The notes: a model not told the origin generated them from the letters alone. Counted from the stretch's first letter, positions 18,853 to 27,058 are shown. The stretch is 64,000 nucleotides of DNA from an uncultured Holophagaceae bacterium (GCA_903913215.1 CAIWKE010000034.1:13483-77482), one strand, 5' to 3'. Numbers and translations: made by a program.

Positions 18853-18897
18853 TGATGCTCGGGTATGCGCACGCCCGGACTCGCCACAGGATCCCCC

Positions 18898-20040
18898 ATG
18901 AGCTCCGCCCCGACCATTCCCGCCCTGCTCCCCACCTACGCCCCCTATCCTTTCCTGCTGCTGCGCGGTGAGGGTGACCAGGTCTTCGACGACCAGGACC
19001 GGGCCTGGTGGGATTTCTACGGTGGTCACTGCGTCTGCGCCACGGGCCACAGCCACCCGAAGGTGGTGAAGGCCGTGGCCGACCAGGCCGGGTCGCTCTT
19101 GTTCTACTCCGCCGCAGCCGCGCTTCCCGTGCGAGACCAGGCTGCGGAGAAGCTCACCGCCTTCGCGGGCATGGACTCGGTGTTCTTCTGCAACAGTGGC
19201 GCCGAGGCTAACGAGAACGCCTTGAAAATGGCCCTGCTGCTCACGGGGCGCAAGAAGCTGGGGTGCTTCATGGGCGGCTGGCACGGCCGCACCCTGCTGG
19301 CCCTCTCGGTGACGGATGACCCCAAGATCACTCAGCCCTTTGAGGACCAGCTCGTGCCCACCCAGCGCCTGCCCTTCGGCGATCTGGAGGCCCTGGAGGC
19401 GGCGGACTTCTCGGAACTGGCGGGCGTCATTCTTGAACCCATCCAGAGCATGGCGGGGATCAAGACTGCCTCCAAGACCTGGTTCGAGGCCCTCCGCGCC
19501 AAGTGCGACGCCGCGGGCACCCTGCTCATCTTCGACGAGATCCAGACCGGCATGGGCCGCCTGGGAACCCCCTTCGCAGCGCAGTTCTACGGGGTCCGGC
19601 CCGACATGATCACTTCCGCCAAGGGCCTCGCCTCGGGCGTGCCCATGGGCGCTCTGCTGCTCACCGCGGCCGTGGCCTCGGAACTCAAGGGCGGGGATCT
19701 GGGCAGCACCTTTGGTGGCGGCCCCCTGGCCTGTGCGGCCCTGCTGGCCACGGTGGACGTCATCACCAGCGAGGGCCTCATGGCCAACGCCACGGCGGCC
19801 CTGGCCACCCTGCGTAAGGGCCTGGCGGGTTCTGTCGTCACCGAAGTGCTGGGCGAGGGTCTTCTGCTGGGCCTGCGCAGCGCGCACGCCGCTGCCCTCA
19901 AGAAGCACCTGCTGACCCAGCACATCCTTGTGGGTGGTTCCGGCGATCCCACGGTGCTGCGCCTCATGCCGCCCCTGAACGTGAGCCCCGAAGCCCTGGA
20001 GGCCCTGGTGGCCGCCGTTCACGCCTTCGAAGTGCCTTGA
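18898..20040 (+). CDS. argD: N-acyl-ornithine aminotransferase (class III PLP aminotransferase)
   Basis: LLPTYAPYPFLLLRGEGDQVFD, FFCNSGAEANE and IFDEIQTGMGRLG motifs. SD-like AGGA lies 7 nt before the ATG at 18898. Confidence 0.85.
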   Translation: MSSAPTIPALLPTYAPYPFLLLRGEGDQVFDDQDRAWWDFYGGHCVCATGHSHPKVVKAVADQAGSLLFYSAAAALPVRDQAAEKLTAFAGMDSVFFCNSGAEANENALKMALLLTGRKKLGCFMGGWHGRTLLALSVTDDPKITQPFEDQLVPTQRLPFGDLEALEAADFSELAGVILEPIQSMAGIKTASKTWFEALRAKCDAAGTLLIFDEIQTGMGRLGTPFAAQFYGVRPDMITSAKGLASGVPMGALLLTAAVASELKGGDLGSTFGGGPLACAALLATVDVITSEGLMANATAALATLRKGLAGSVVTEVLGEGLLLGLRSAHAAALKKHLLTQHILVGGSGDPTVLRLMPPLNVSPEALEALVAAVHAFEVP

Positions 20041-20085
20041 GCCGCCCGTCCATCCGCTGATCCGCACCAAGCCCCTGGAGTTTCC

Positions 20086-21078
20086 ATGAAGCACTTCACC
20101 CGCATCTCCGACCTGGGCCCCGAGGGGGTCAAGCGCATCCTCGCCATGGCCGCCACCTGGAAGGCCAACCGCCCCGGCGCCATCTTCACGGACCGCATCC
20201 TGGGCATGGTCTTCTTCAACCCCAGCCTGCGCACCCGGGCCAGCTTCGAGGCCGCCATGCTGCGCCACGGCGGCCACGCCATCGTGCTGGAAGTGGGCGC
20301 GGGCACCTGGAAGCTGGAAGACCGCGACGGCGCCATCATGAACGAGGACCGCGCCGAGCACGTGCGCGAGGGCGTGCCCGTCCTGGGTCGGTACGCGGAC
20401 CTGCTGGCTGTGCGGACCTTCAGCCACGGCGATGGGGATGCCATGGACGAGACGGACCCCGTCATCAACGCCTTCCGCCGCTTCTCCACCGTGCCCGTGC
20501 TGAGCATGGAGAGCGCCCGGGAACATCCCCACCAGGGCCTCGCTGATCTGCTCACCATCCAGGAGGCCCACGGCAGCACGAAGGTGCCCGTGACCCTGAC
20601 TTGGGCCCCGCACATCAAGCCCCTGCCCAAGGCCGTACCCAACTCCTTCCTGCTCACGGCCGCAGCCTGCGGCGCCGAGATCCGCGTGGCCCACCCCAAG
20701 GGCTACGAGCTCGCGCCGGAAGTTCGCGCCGAGGCCGAGGCCTATGCCGCCGCCACCGGCGGGAAGATCACCTACACGAACGACCAGGACGCCGCCCTGG
20801 AGGGCAGTGCTGCCGTCTACGCCAAGGCCTGGGGTCCTTCCACCAGCTCCGGCCTCGATGCCGCCCCCATGGCGGATCTGGGCGCCTGGATGCCCACCGC
20901 AGCCCACATGCAGAAGGCCGCCAAAGAGGCCATCTTCACCCACTGCCTCCCCGTGCGCCGCAACCTGGAAGTCCATGACAGCGTCCTCGACGGCCCCTGG
21001 AGCCGCGTCGTCGACGAGGCCGAGAACCGCTTCCACGTGCAGCGGGCCACGATCCACCACCTGCTCACGCAGGACTGA
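20086..21078 (+). CDS. argF': N-acyl-L-ornithine carbamoyltransferase (AOTCase/SOTCase type, not a classical OTCase)
   Basis: Collinear with the Xanthomonas AOTCase and Bacteroides fragilis SOTCase sequences as I recall them: FFNPSLRTR, WKLEDRDGAIM, SMESAREHP, TWAPHIKPLPKAVPNSF, HCLPVRRN, DEAENRFHVQ. Confidence 0.9.
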   Translation: MKHFTRISDLGPEGVKRILAMAATWKANRPGAIFTDRILGMVFFNPSLRTRASFEAAMLRHGGHAIVLEVGAGTWKLEDRDGAIMNEDRAEHVREGVPVLGRYADLLAVRTFSHGDGDAMDETDPVINAFRRFSTVPVLSMESAREHPHQGLADLLTIQEAHGSTKVPVTLTWAPHIKPLPKAVPNSFLLTAAACGAEIRVAHPKGYELAPEVRAEAEAYAAATGGKITYTNDQDAALEGSAAVYAKAWGPSTSSGLDAAPMADLGAWMPTAAHMQKAAKEAIFTHCLPVRRNLEVHDSVLDGPWSRVVDEAENRFHVQRATIHHLLTQD

Positions 21079-21124
21079 GACCAGCCTCCATCTTTTTTGA
21101 CTCCTAGACTTATTCGAGGCCTCT

Positions 21125-22033
21125 ATGCCGCTCTCCCCGAACCCCTACGCCGCCCTCAAGGAAGCCTCCCAGTACGTCCGCCTGTTTCGCGGCAAGACCT
21201 TCGTGGTGAAGGTCGGGGGTGATGTCCTCGTGGACCCCAAGATCCGCAAGGCCCTCTGCGAGCAGATCGCCCTGCTCTGGTCCTTCTCCATCCGCGTGGT
21301 GGTGGTCCATGGTGGCGGCGCTGAGCTGGACACCGTCTGCGCCTCCATGAACATCCCCGTGCAGAAGGTGGCTGGACGCCGCATCACCACACCGGAGGTG
21401 CTGGACGCCGCCAAGATGGTCTTCGCTGGGCAGGTGCACATGGACTTGTTGGCCGAATTACAGGCCGCGGGTGTGCCCGCTGTGGGCCTCTCGGGTCTGG
21501 ACGCGGGCCTCGTGAAGGCCACCCGCCGCCCTCCCATCTCTGTCATTCCCGACGGCGCCACGGAGCCCCAGCTGGTCGACTTCGGCCTGGTGGGTGACAT
21601 CGAGTCCGTGGACCCGGCCATCCTCACGCACCTGCTGGAGGGCGGCTACCTGCCCGTGGTGGCGCCCCTCTCCGGCGGCGAGGACGGCACCATCTACAAC
21701 ACCAATGCCGATACCATCGCCGCCAGCCTGGCCTCGGCCCTCTGCGCTGAGAAACTGTTCTTCCTGCTGTCGGTGCCCGGGCTCCTGAAGGATGTGAAGA
21801 AAAGTTCCTCCCTGGTGCCCCACGCCACGCTGGACGAACTGGCTGCCCTGGAGGCCAAGGGCGTCATCAGCGGCGGCATGCGCCCCAAGGTGGCGGCCGT
21901 GAAGGCGGCCCTCCTGGGTGGCGCTCAGAGCGTGCACCTGGTGAGCGGCATCGTGGCCGATGCCCTCCTGGCCGAGGTCTTCACCAACGAAGGCAGCGGC
22001 ACCATGATCGTCGCCAACGCGCCCGTGGCCTGA
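21125..22033 (+). CDS. argB: N-acyl-glutamate kinase
   Basis: Amino-acid kinase fold: GKTFVVKVGG, VVVHGGG, NTNADT. Confidence 0.9.
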   Translation: MPLSPNPYAALKEASQYVRLFRGKTFVVKVGGDVLVDPKIRKALCEQIALLWSFSIRVVVVHGGGAELDTVCASMNIPVQKVAGRRITTPEVLDAAKMVFAGQVHMDLLAELQAAGVPAVGLSGLDAGLVKATRRPPISVIPDGATEPQLVDFGLVGDIESVDPAILTHLLEGGYLPVVAPLSGGEDGTIYNTNADTIAASLASALCAEKLFFLLSVPGLLKDVKKSSSLVPHATLDELAALEAKGVISGGMRPKVAAVKAALLGGAQSVHLVSGIVADALLAEVFTNEGSGTMIVANAPVA

Positions 22034-23106
22034 TGAATCCCGCGGCCCTCCTCACCCGCCTCGTGGGCACCGCCAGTGTGTCCGGCACCGAAGGCCCCAT
22101 CGCGGACCTGGTGCAGGACCTCATCGCGGCCGAGGGCTTCGAAGTCCACCGCTCCGCGAACAACCTCTGGTTCAGCATCGGCGCCAAAGCCGGTAATGAG
22201 AGTGGCGCGCGCCTGCTGCTCAACTCCCACCTGGACACGGTGCCTCCCTGTGCGGGCTGGGAGGGCGATCCCTTCACGCCGGCCTGGCACGGCCCACGGC
22301 TCCAGGGCCTGGGCGCCAACGACGCCAAGGGCTGCGTGGCAGCCATCCTCCTCGCGGCCTTCGAGCTTGCCAAGCAGCCCCTGGCGGGCGAGGTCGTAGT
22401 CGCCCTCACGGCGGAAGAAGAAACCGGGGGCCAGGGCATCGCCACCATCCTCGATCAGCTGGGGCCCTTGGACGGAGCCGTGGTGGGTGAGCCCACGGGC
22501 CTGCGGGTCTGCGCCGCCCAGCGGGGAATGCTCCTCTTGAAGTGCACGGCCCGGGGCCAGAGCGGCCACGTGGCCAACGCCCAGATGCTGGGCGCCGAGA
22601 ACGCCATCCACAAGGCCGCCCGGGACATCAGCCGCGTAGCGGCCATGTCGTTCCCGACCCACCCGCTGCTGGGCTCCCAGAGCGCCCAGGTGACCCAGGT
22701 CCAGGGCGGTCTGCGGCGCAACCAGGTGCCGGATGCCTGCGAGTTTTTCATCGACCTCCGCACCAGCCCCGAGCAGGACCACGAGGCCCTGGTCGCGGAG
22801 TTCCAGCGCCAGTTGGAGAGCGAGGTCATCGCCCACTCCAAGCGCTACCTGCCCAAGGGCACAGACGCCAACCACCCCATCGTCCGCGCCGCCCTCCTGG
22901 CTGCGGGCAAGGCAGGGCCCGTAGGCTCGGGCACCACCTCCGACTGGGCCTTCCTGGGCGGAATTCCGGCTGTGAAGGTTGGCCCCGGCGACACCTTCCG
23001 CAGCCACGCCCCCAACGAGTACCTCACCCTGCCGGAGCTGGAGGCGGGGGCCGCCTTCTATGCGAAAGTGGCCACGGACTTCTTCCGCTTGCAGGCGCCC
23101 CGATGA
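22033..23106 (+). CDS. M20-family deacylase (ArgE/DapE-like; probable N-acyl-citrulline/ornithine deacylase)
   Basis: M20 metal-ligand motifs (LLLNSHLDTVP, GANDAKG, AEEETGG). Sits between argB and argH with overlapping stop/start codons. Confidence 0.75.
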   Translation: MNPAALLTRLVGTASVSGTEGPIADLVQDLIAAEGFEVHRSANNLWFSIGAKAGNESGARLLLNSHLDTVPPCAGWEGDPFTPAWHGPRLQGLGANDAKGCVAAILLAAFELAKQPLAGEVVVALTAEEETGGQGIATILDQLGPLDGAVVGEPTGLRVCAAQRGMLLLKCTARGQSGHVANAQMLGAENAIHKAARDISRVAAMSFPTHPLLGSQSAQVTQVQGGLRRNQVPDACEFFIDLRTSPEQDHEALVAEFQRQLESEVIAHSKRYLPKGTDANHPIVRAALLAAGKAGPVGSGTTSDWAFLGGIPAVKVGPGDTFRSHAPNEYLTLPELEAGAAFYAKVATDFFRLQAPR

Positions 23107-24461
23107 AACCCACGCCGACCACGCTATGGGCCAAGGATGTGCCCCTGGATGCAGCCATGCACCGGTTCACCGTGGGGGAGGATCCCGACACCGATCTCTC
23201 CCTGGTGGCTTGGGATGCCCTGGGCAGCGCTGCCCACGCCACCATGCTGGGCGCCACGGGCCTCCTGGCCCCGGCAGATGTGAAAGCCCTGGTGCAGGAG
23301 CTGCGGCACATCGCTGAGCTGGCCAAGCAGGGCGAGTTCCCCATTCCCGTGGCCATGGAGGACTGCCACACGGCCATCGAGGCCCACCTGACCCAGGTGC
23401 TCGGTCCCACCGGGGCCCGCATCCACCTGGGTCGCTCCCGCAATGACCAGGTGATCCTGGCCCTGCGCCTCTTCCTCCGGGACGCCCTGCTGCGCCTGGG
23501 CCTGCGGGTGGCGGACCTGGCCGGGGCCTTCTTGACCTTCGCCCAGGCGAACCAGGACACCCCCCTGCCCGGCTACACCCACCTGCGCCGCGCCATGCCC
23601 AGCACCTTCGGGCTCTGGGCTGCGGCCTTCGCCGAGGGCCTGCTGGAAGAACTGGAGGCCCTGCAGGGGGTCTACGGCCGGCTGGACCGCTGCCCGCTGG
23701 GCTCCGCTGCGGGCTTCGGCGTGCCCCTGCCCATCGACCGCGCCCTCACGGCCCGCCTCCTGGGTTTCTCAAAGGTCCAGCGCAGCCCCATCGACGTGCA
23801 GAACAGCCGGGGCCGTCACGAGACCGCCGTGCTGCAGTGGGCGGCCTCCGCTGGGGGCGTGGTGGAGAAGTTCCTCTGGGATGTGTCCCTCTACAGCACC
23901 GAGGAGTTCGGCTTCTTGAAGCTGCCGGACGCCTTCACCACGGGCTCCAGCATCATGCCCCAAAAGAAAAACCCCGACGTGGTGGAGCTGGCCCGGGGCC
24001 GCTGCCGCGAGCTGCGCGGCTCTGCGGGCCTCATCGAGCAGATCGCCGCGGGCCTGCCCTCCAGCTACCACCGGGACCTGCAGCTTCTCAAGCGGCCACT
24101 CGTGCTGGCCCTGCGGAACGCCGAGGATCTCTTCACGGTGCTTGCACCCCTGCTGCCCGCCCTCCAGATCCAGGTCGAGGCCACCGCCGCCGCCTCCACG
24201 GACGAGCTCTACGCCGCCCACCAGGCCTACGTCTATGTGCAGCAGGGCCTGCCCTTCCGCGAGGCCTACCGGAAGGTGGCCCAGCAGCTCCAGGACGGCA
24301 GCTTCGCACCGGACCGCGCCGCCCTCACCGCCACCCACCTCGGCGGCGCCGGCAACCTGGCCCTGGACGAACTGGCCAGTGACCTGGGCAAGGCAAAGAG
24401 CTGGATAGAAGCTAAGCAGGGCATCCATACCCATGCGGAGGCTGCGTTATGGTGCAACTGA
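23103..24461 (+). CDS. argH: Argininosuccinate lyase
   Basis: Fumarate-lyase signature GSSIMPQKKNPD. The track ORF 22542..24461 was trimmed to the ATG at 23103 (MKPTPTTLWAK), which overlaps the upstream stop (ATGA). Confidence 0.9.
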   Translation: MKPTPTTLWAKDVPLDAAMHRFTVGEDPDTDLSLVAWDALGSAAHATMLGATGLLAPADVKALVQELRHIAELAKQGEFPIPVAMEDCHTAIEAHLTQVLGPTGARIHLGRSRNDQVILALRLFLRDALLRLGLRVADLAGAFLTFAQANQDTPLPGYTHLRRAMPSTFGLWAAAFAEGLLEELEALQGVYGRLDRCPLGSAAGFGVPLPIDRALTARLLGFSKVQRSPIDVQNSRGRHETAVLQWAASAGGVVEKFLWDVSLYSTEEFGFLKLPDAFTTGSSIMPQKKNPDVVELARGRCRELRGSAGLIEQIAAGLPSSYHRDLQLLKRPLVLALRNAEDLFTVLAPLLPALQIQVEATAAASTDELYAAHQAYVYVQQGLPFREAYRKVAQQLQDGSFAPDRAALTATHLGGAGNLALDELASDLGKAKSWIEAKQGIHTHAEAALWCN

Positions 24462-24466
24462 TTACT

Positions 24467-24553
24467 GATCACCACCAAGGCACCAAGACACCAAAAACAG
24501 AAGAATTAGGCCCCGTATCTTTTCTTGGTGCCTTGGTGCCTTGGTGGTTCATC
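24467..24553. repeat. Intercistronic hairpin element A (arms = 3 x CACCAAGR)
   Basis: 24472-24494 pairs with 24525-24547: a 23-bp stem with 1 mismatch and a 30-nt loop. Followed by a T-rich run. Confidence 0.85.
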
Positions 24554-24582
24554 TTTTCTTCTTTTCAGTTGAAAGGCCTCTC

Positions 24583-25770
24583 ATGAACAAACTCGCGGTA
24601 CTCGCCTTTTCGGGCGGTCTGGACACCTCCTTCTGTGTGCTCTACCTGAAGGAGCAGGGCTACAACGTGGCCACCGTGACCGTGAATACGGGCGGCTTCT
24701 CCCCCACTGAACTGAAGCGCATCGAGGAGATCGCGCCCAAGTTGGGGGCCATCAGCCACACCACCGTGGACGCCCGCGCGGGGCTCTTCGAGGGCTACCT
24801 TCGCTACCTGGTCTACGGCAACGTGCTGCGGGGCCAGATGTATCCCCTGTCCGTCTCCGCTGAGCGGGTCTGCCAGGCCCGGGCCGTGGCGGAGCTGGCC
24901 AAGGACATGGGCGCCACCGCCATCGCCCACGGCTCCACGGGAGCAGGCAACGACCAGGTGCGCTTCGACGTGGCCTTCCGCGCCCTGGCGCCGGACCTGG
25001 AGTTGCTCACACCCATCCGCGACCTGGGCCTCAGCCGGGCTGAGGAGATGGACTACTGCGCCCAGCGGGGGCTGGTCTTCCCAGAGAAGACCCGGGACTA
25101 CTCCATCAACGAGGGCATGTGGGGCACCAGCATCGGCGGCCGGGAGACCCTGGACCCCTGGAGCACCTTGCCTGAGGCGGCCTTCCCCGGCGGCACCATC
25201 CCCAGCCTCACGCCCAAGACCCTGGTCGTGAGCTTCGAGAAGGGTGTGCCCCTGGCCCTGGACGGCATCTCCATGGATCCCGTGACCATCATCGCCCAGC
25301 TCAATGCCCTGGGTCGCCCCTACGGCATCGGCCGGGGCGTGCACCTGGGCGACACCATCCTGGGTATCAAGGGCCGCGTGGGCTTCGAGGCCCCCGCCGC
25401 CCACCTGCTCATCGGCGCCCACCGGGAGCTGGAGAAGCTGGTCCTTTCCGGCAAGCAGCTCTTCTGGAAGGAGTCCCTGGGCAACCTCTACGGCAGCCTG
25501 CTCCATGAGGGCCACTTCTTTGATCCCCTGGCCCGCGATCTGGAGGCTTTCCTGGAGTCCAGCCAGGACTGCGTCACCGGCGAGGTACGCCTCACCCTGC
25601 ACCCCCGCAGCTTCGTCGTGGAAGGCGTGCAGTCACCCTACAGCCTCATGGATCCCCGCATCGCCACCTACGGCGAAGCCAACAAGCTCTGGAGCGGGGC
25701 CGAAGCCGCAGGGTTCGCCAAAATTTTCGGTGTTCAACAGACCCTCACACTGAAGGCCAAAAACAACTGA
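24583..25770 (+). CDS. argG: Argininosuccinate synthase
   Basis: AFSGGLDTS ATP-pyrophosphatase motif and GSTGAGNDQVRF. ATG at 24583. Confidence 0.95.
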   Translation: MNKLAVLAFSGGLDTSFCVLYLKEQGYNVATVTVNTGGFSPTELKRIEEIAPKLGAISHTTVDARAGLFEGYLRYLVYGNVLRGQMYPLSVSAERVCQARAVAELAKDMGATAIAHGSTGAGNDQVRFDVAFRALAPDLELLTPIRDLGLSRAEEMDYCAQRGLVFPEKTRDYSINEGMWGTSIGGRETLDPWSTLPEAAFPGGTIPSLTPKTLVVSFEKGVPLALDGISMDPVTIIAQLNALGRPYGIGRGVHLGDTILGIKGRVGFEAPAAHLLIGAHRELEKLVLSGKQLFWKESLGNLYGSLLHEGHFFDPLARDLEAFLESSQDCVTGEVRLTLHPRSFVVEGVQSPYSLMDPRIATYGEANKLWSGAEAAGFAKIFGVQQTLTLKAKNN

Positions 25771-25853
25771 TCACCACCAAGACACATAGACACCAAGTAA
25801 GACTTTTTTTTGCACTGCCTCTTTTCTTGGTGCCTTGGTGTCTTGGTGGTTAA
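25768..25853. repeat. Intercistronic hairpin element B (same family as A)
   Basis: 25773-25797 pairs with 25826-25850: 22 of 25 positions pair, with a 28-nt loop containing T8. Its right arm is almost identical to that of element A. Confidence 0.85.
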
Positions 25854-25869
25854 AACCTAAGAGGTTTTC

Positions 25870-26922
25870 ATGCGCATCCATGTCGACAAGCTCGCTTCGG
25901 TCACCCGCAACCTGCGGCTGGGGCGCACGCTCACGCTGTCCCCGGACATCCTTCTTGAGGAAGGGTCGGTCATCGCCTGCCGCATCCGGGGCGAGAAGAC
26001 CACTTACAACCAGCTGGAGGATCCGCATGGGCGCATGAGCACCCTCCATGACGGGGACATTCTCGTGGGCGCCCTGGGCCATCGCAATGCCCTCCAGGGC
26101 TACGAGGGCGTCATGCCCACCTCGCTCAAGCCTGGCGACATTGTGAACCTCCTGAACATGGGCGGCGTTATCGGCAAGTGCCTGTCTCACAACCCGGACG
26201 TGGGCAAGCCCTTCGACATGGAAGTGCTGGGCCAGGTCCTGGTCTTCCCCGAGTTCCAGTCCCGGGCGGGCCAGCCCGCCCACGTCCGCATGGGCGCCCT
26301 CAAGGGCACGGGCCTCGTGGCCCACTGCCCCGTCATCTACGTGGCGGGCACCTGCATGAACGCGGGCAAGACCGCCGCCGCCTGCGCCACCGTGCGCCAA
26401 CTCAGCCGCGCCGGCTACCGCGTGGGTGCCTGCAAGCTCACGGGTGTGTCGCTCATGCGCGACGCCCTGGCCATGCGCGACTACGGCGCCGAGGTGGCCC
26501 TGGACTTCACGGATGGAGGCATTGTCTGCACCGATGCGGGCAGTGCCGCAGGCGTCTCCCACATCATTTTTTCAGAGCTGGCCTCCCACGGCGTGGACGT
26601 CATCGTCGCTGAGACGGGCGACGGCATCATGGGCGAGTACGGCGTCCAGGCCATCCTCCAGGATCCAGACCTCATGGGTCTCAGCGGCTGCTTCATCCTC
26701 TGCGCCAACGACCCCGTGGGTGCCGCGGGCGGCGTGGCCCACCTGAAGTCCGAGTTCGGCATCCAGACGGACCTCATCGCGGGTCCCGCCACGGACAACC
26801 GCGTGGGGGAACGCTTCGTGGCCACCCTGGGCCTTCCCGCCCGCAACGCCCGCGCCGACGCCGACGCCCTCGGCAAGTTCGTGCTCGACAAGGTCGAGCC
26901 TCGGATCGGCGCGAAGGTCTAA
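25870..26922 (+). CDS. Uncharacterised two-domain protein: N-terminal beta-rich domain + C-terminal DTBS/CobQ/DUF1611-type P-loop domain
   Basis: 350-aa ORF co-directional with the arg genes. G160-TCMNA-GKT168 (G-x5-GKT), VDVIVAETGDG (hhhhE-x-G-x-G), ILCANDPVGAAGG. Confidence 0.7.
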   Translation: MRIHVDKLASVTRNLRLGRTLTLSPDILLEEGSVIACRIRGEKTTYNQLEDPHGRMSTLHDGDILVGALGHRNALQGYEGVMPTSLKPGDIVNLLNMGGVIGKCLSHNPDVGKPFDMEVLGQVLVFPEFQSRAGQPAHVRMGALKGTGLVAHCPVIYVAGTCMNAGKTAAACATVRQLSRAGYRVGACKLTGVSLMRDALAMRDYGAEVALDFTDGGIVCTDAGSAAGVSHIIFSELASHGVDVIVAETGDGIMGEYGVQAILQDPDLMGLSGCFILCANDPVGAAGGVAHLKSEFGIQTDLIAGPATDNRVGERFVATLGLPARNARADADALGKFVLDKVEPRIGAKV

Positions 26923-26930
26923 AAAGCAGT

Positions 26931-27040
26931 TTAAACCGCAAAGAGCGCAGAGGCCGCAGAGGTTCATTCCTAAGAACCAAGCACCCGATGCCCTTGTTGT
27001 TGCTGCTCTTCTCTGCGCCCTCTGCGTCCTCTGCGGTTAA
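26931..27040. repeat. Intercistronic hairpin element C (arms = 3 x 9-nt ..CGCAGAG unit)
   Basis: 26931-26962 pairs with 27011-27040: about 26 of 30 positions pair with one bulge, and the loop is 48 nt. Flanked by A5 on the left and T8 on the right. Confidence 0.8.
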
Positions 27041-27058
27041 TTTTTTTTAGAGATTCCC

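Noticed and set aside
18802-21060. 752-aa ORF on the minus strand across the argD/argF' region
   Set aside because: It is antisense to two genes with unmistakable family motifs. Its translation is Gly/Ala/His/Arg-rich with no motif. This is the typical long open frame produced by high GC and low stop-codon frequency.
22542-23102. N-terminal 187-codon extension of the argH reading frame (track ORF 22542..24461)
   Set aside because: The extension overlaps the M20 deacylase gene in another frame and is Pro/Arg/Gly-rich nonsense. The argH-like sequence begins at MKPTPTTLWAK (23103), with an ATGA stop/start overlap.
24467-27040. Hairpin elements as integron attC sites (gene cassettes) or as a CRISPR array
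   Set aside because: The ends do not match RYYYAAC/GTTRRRY well: GTTCATC, GTTAAAA and GTTAATT each fail at least one position. No integron integrase is present, and the bracketed genes are core arginine genes. The repeats are inverted rather than direct with unique spacers, and no cas genes are present, so this is not CRISPR.
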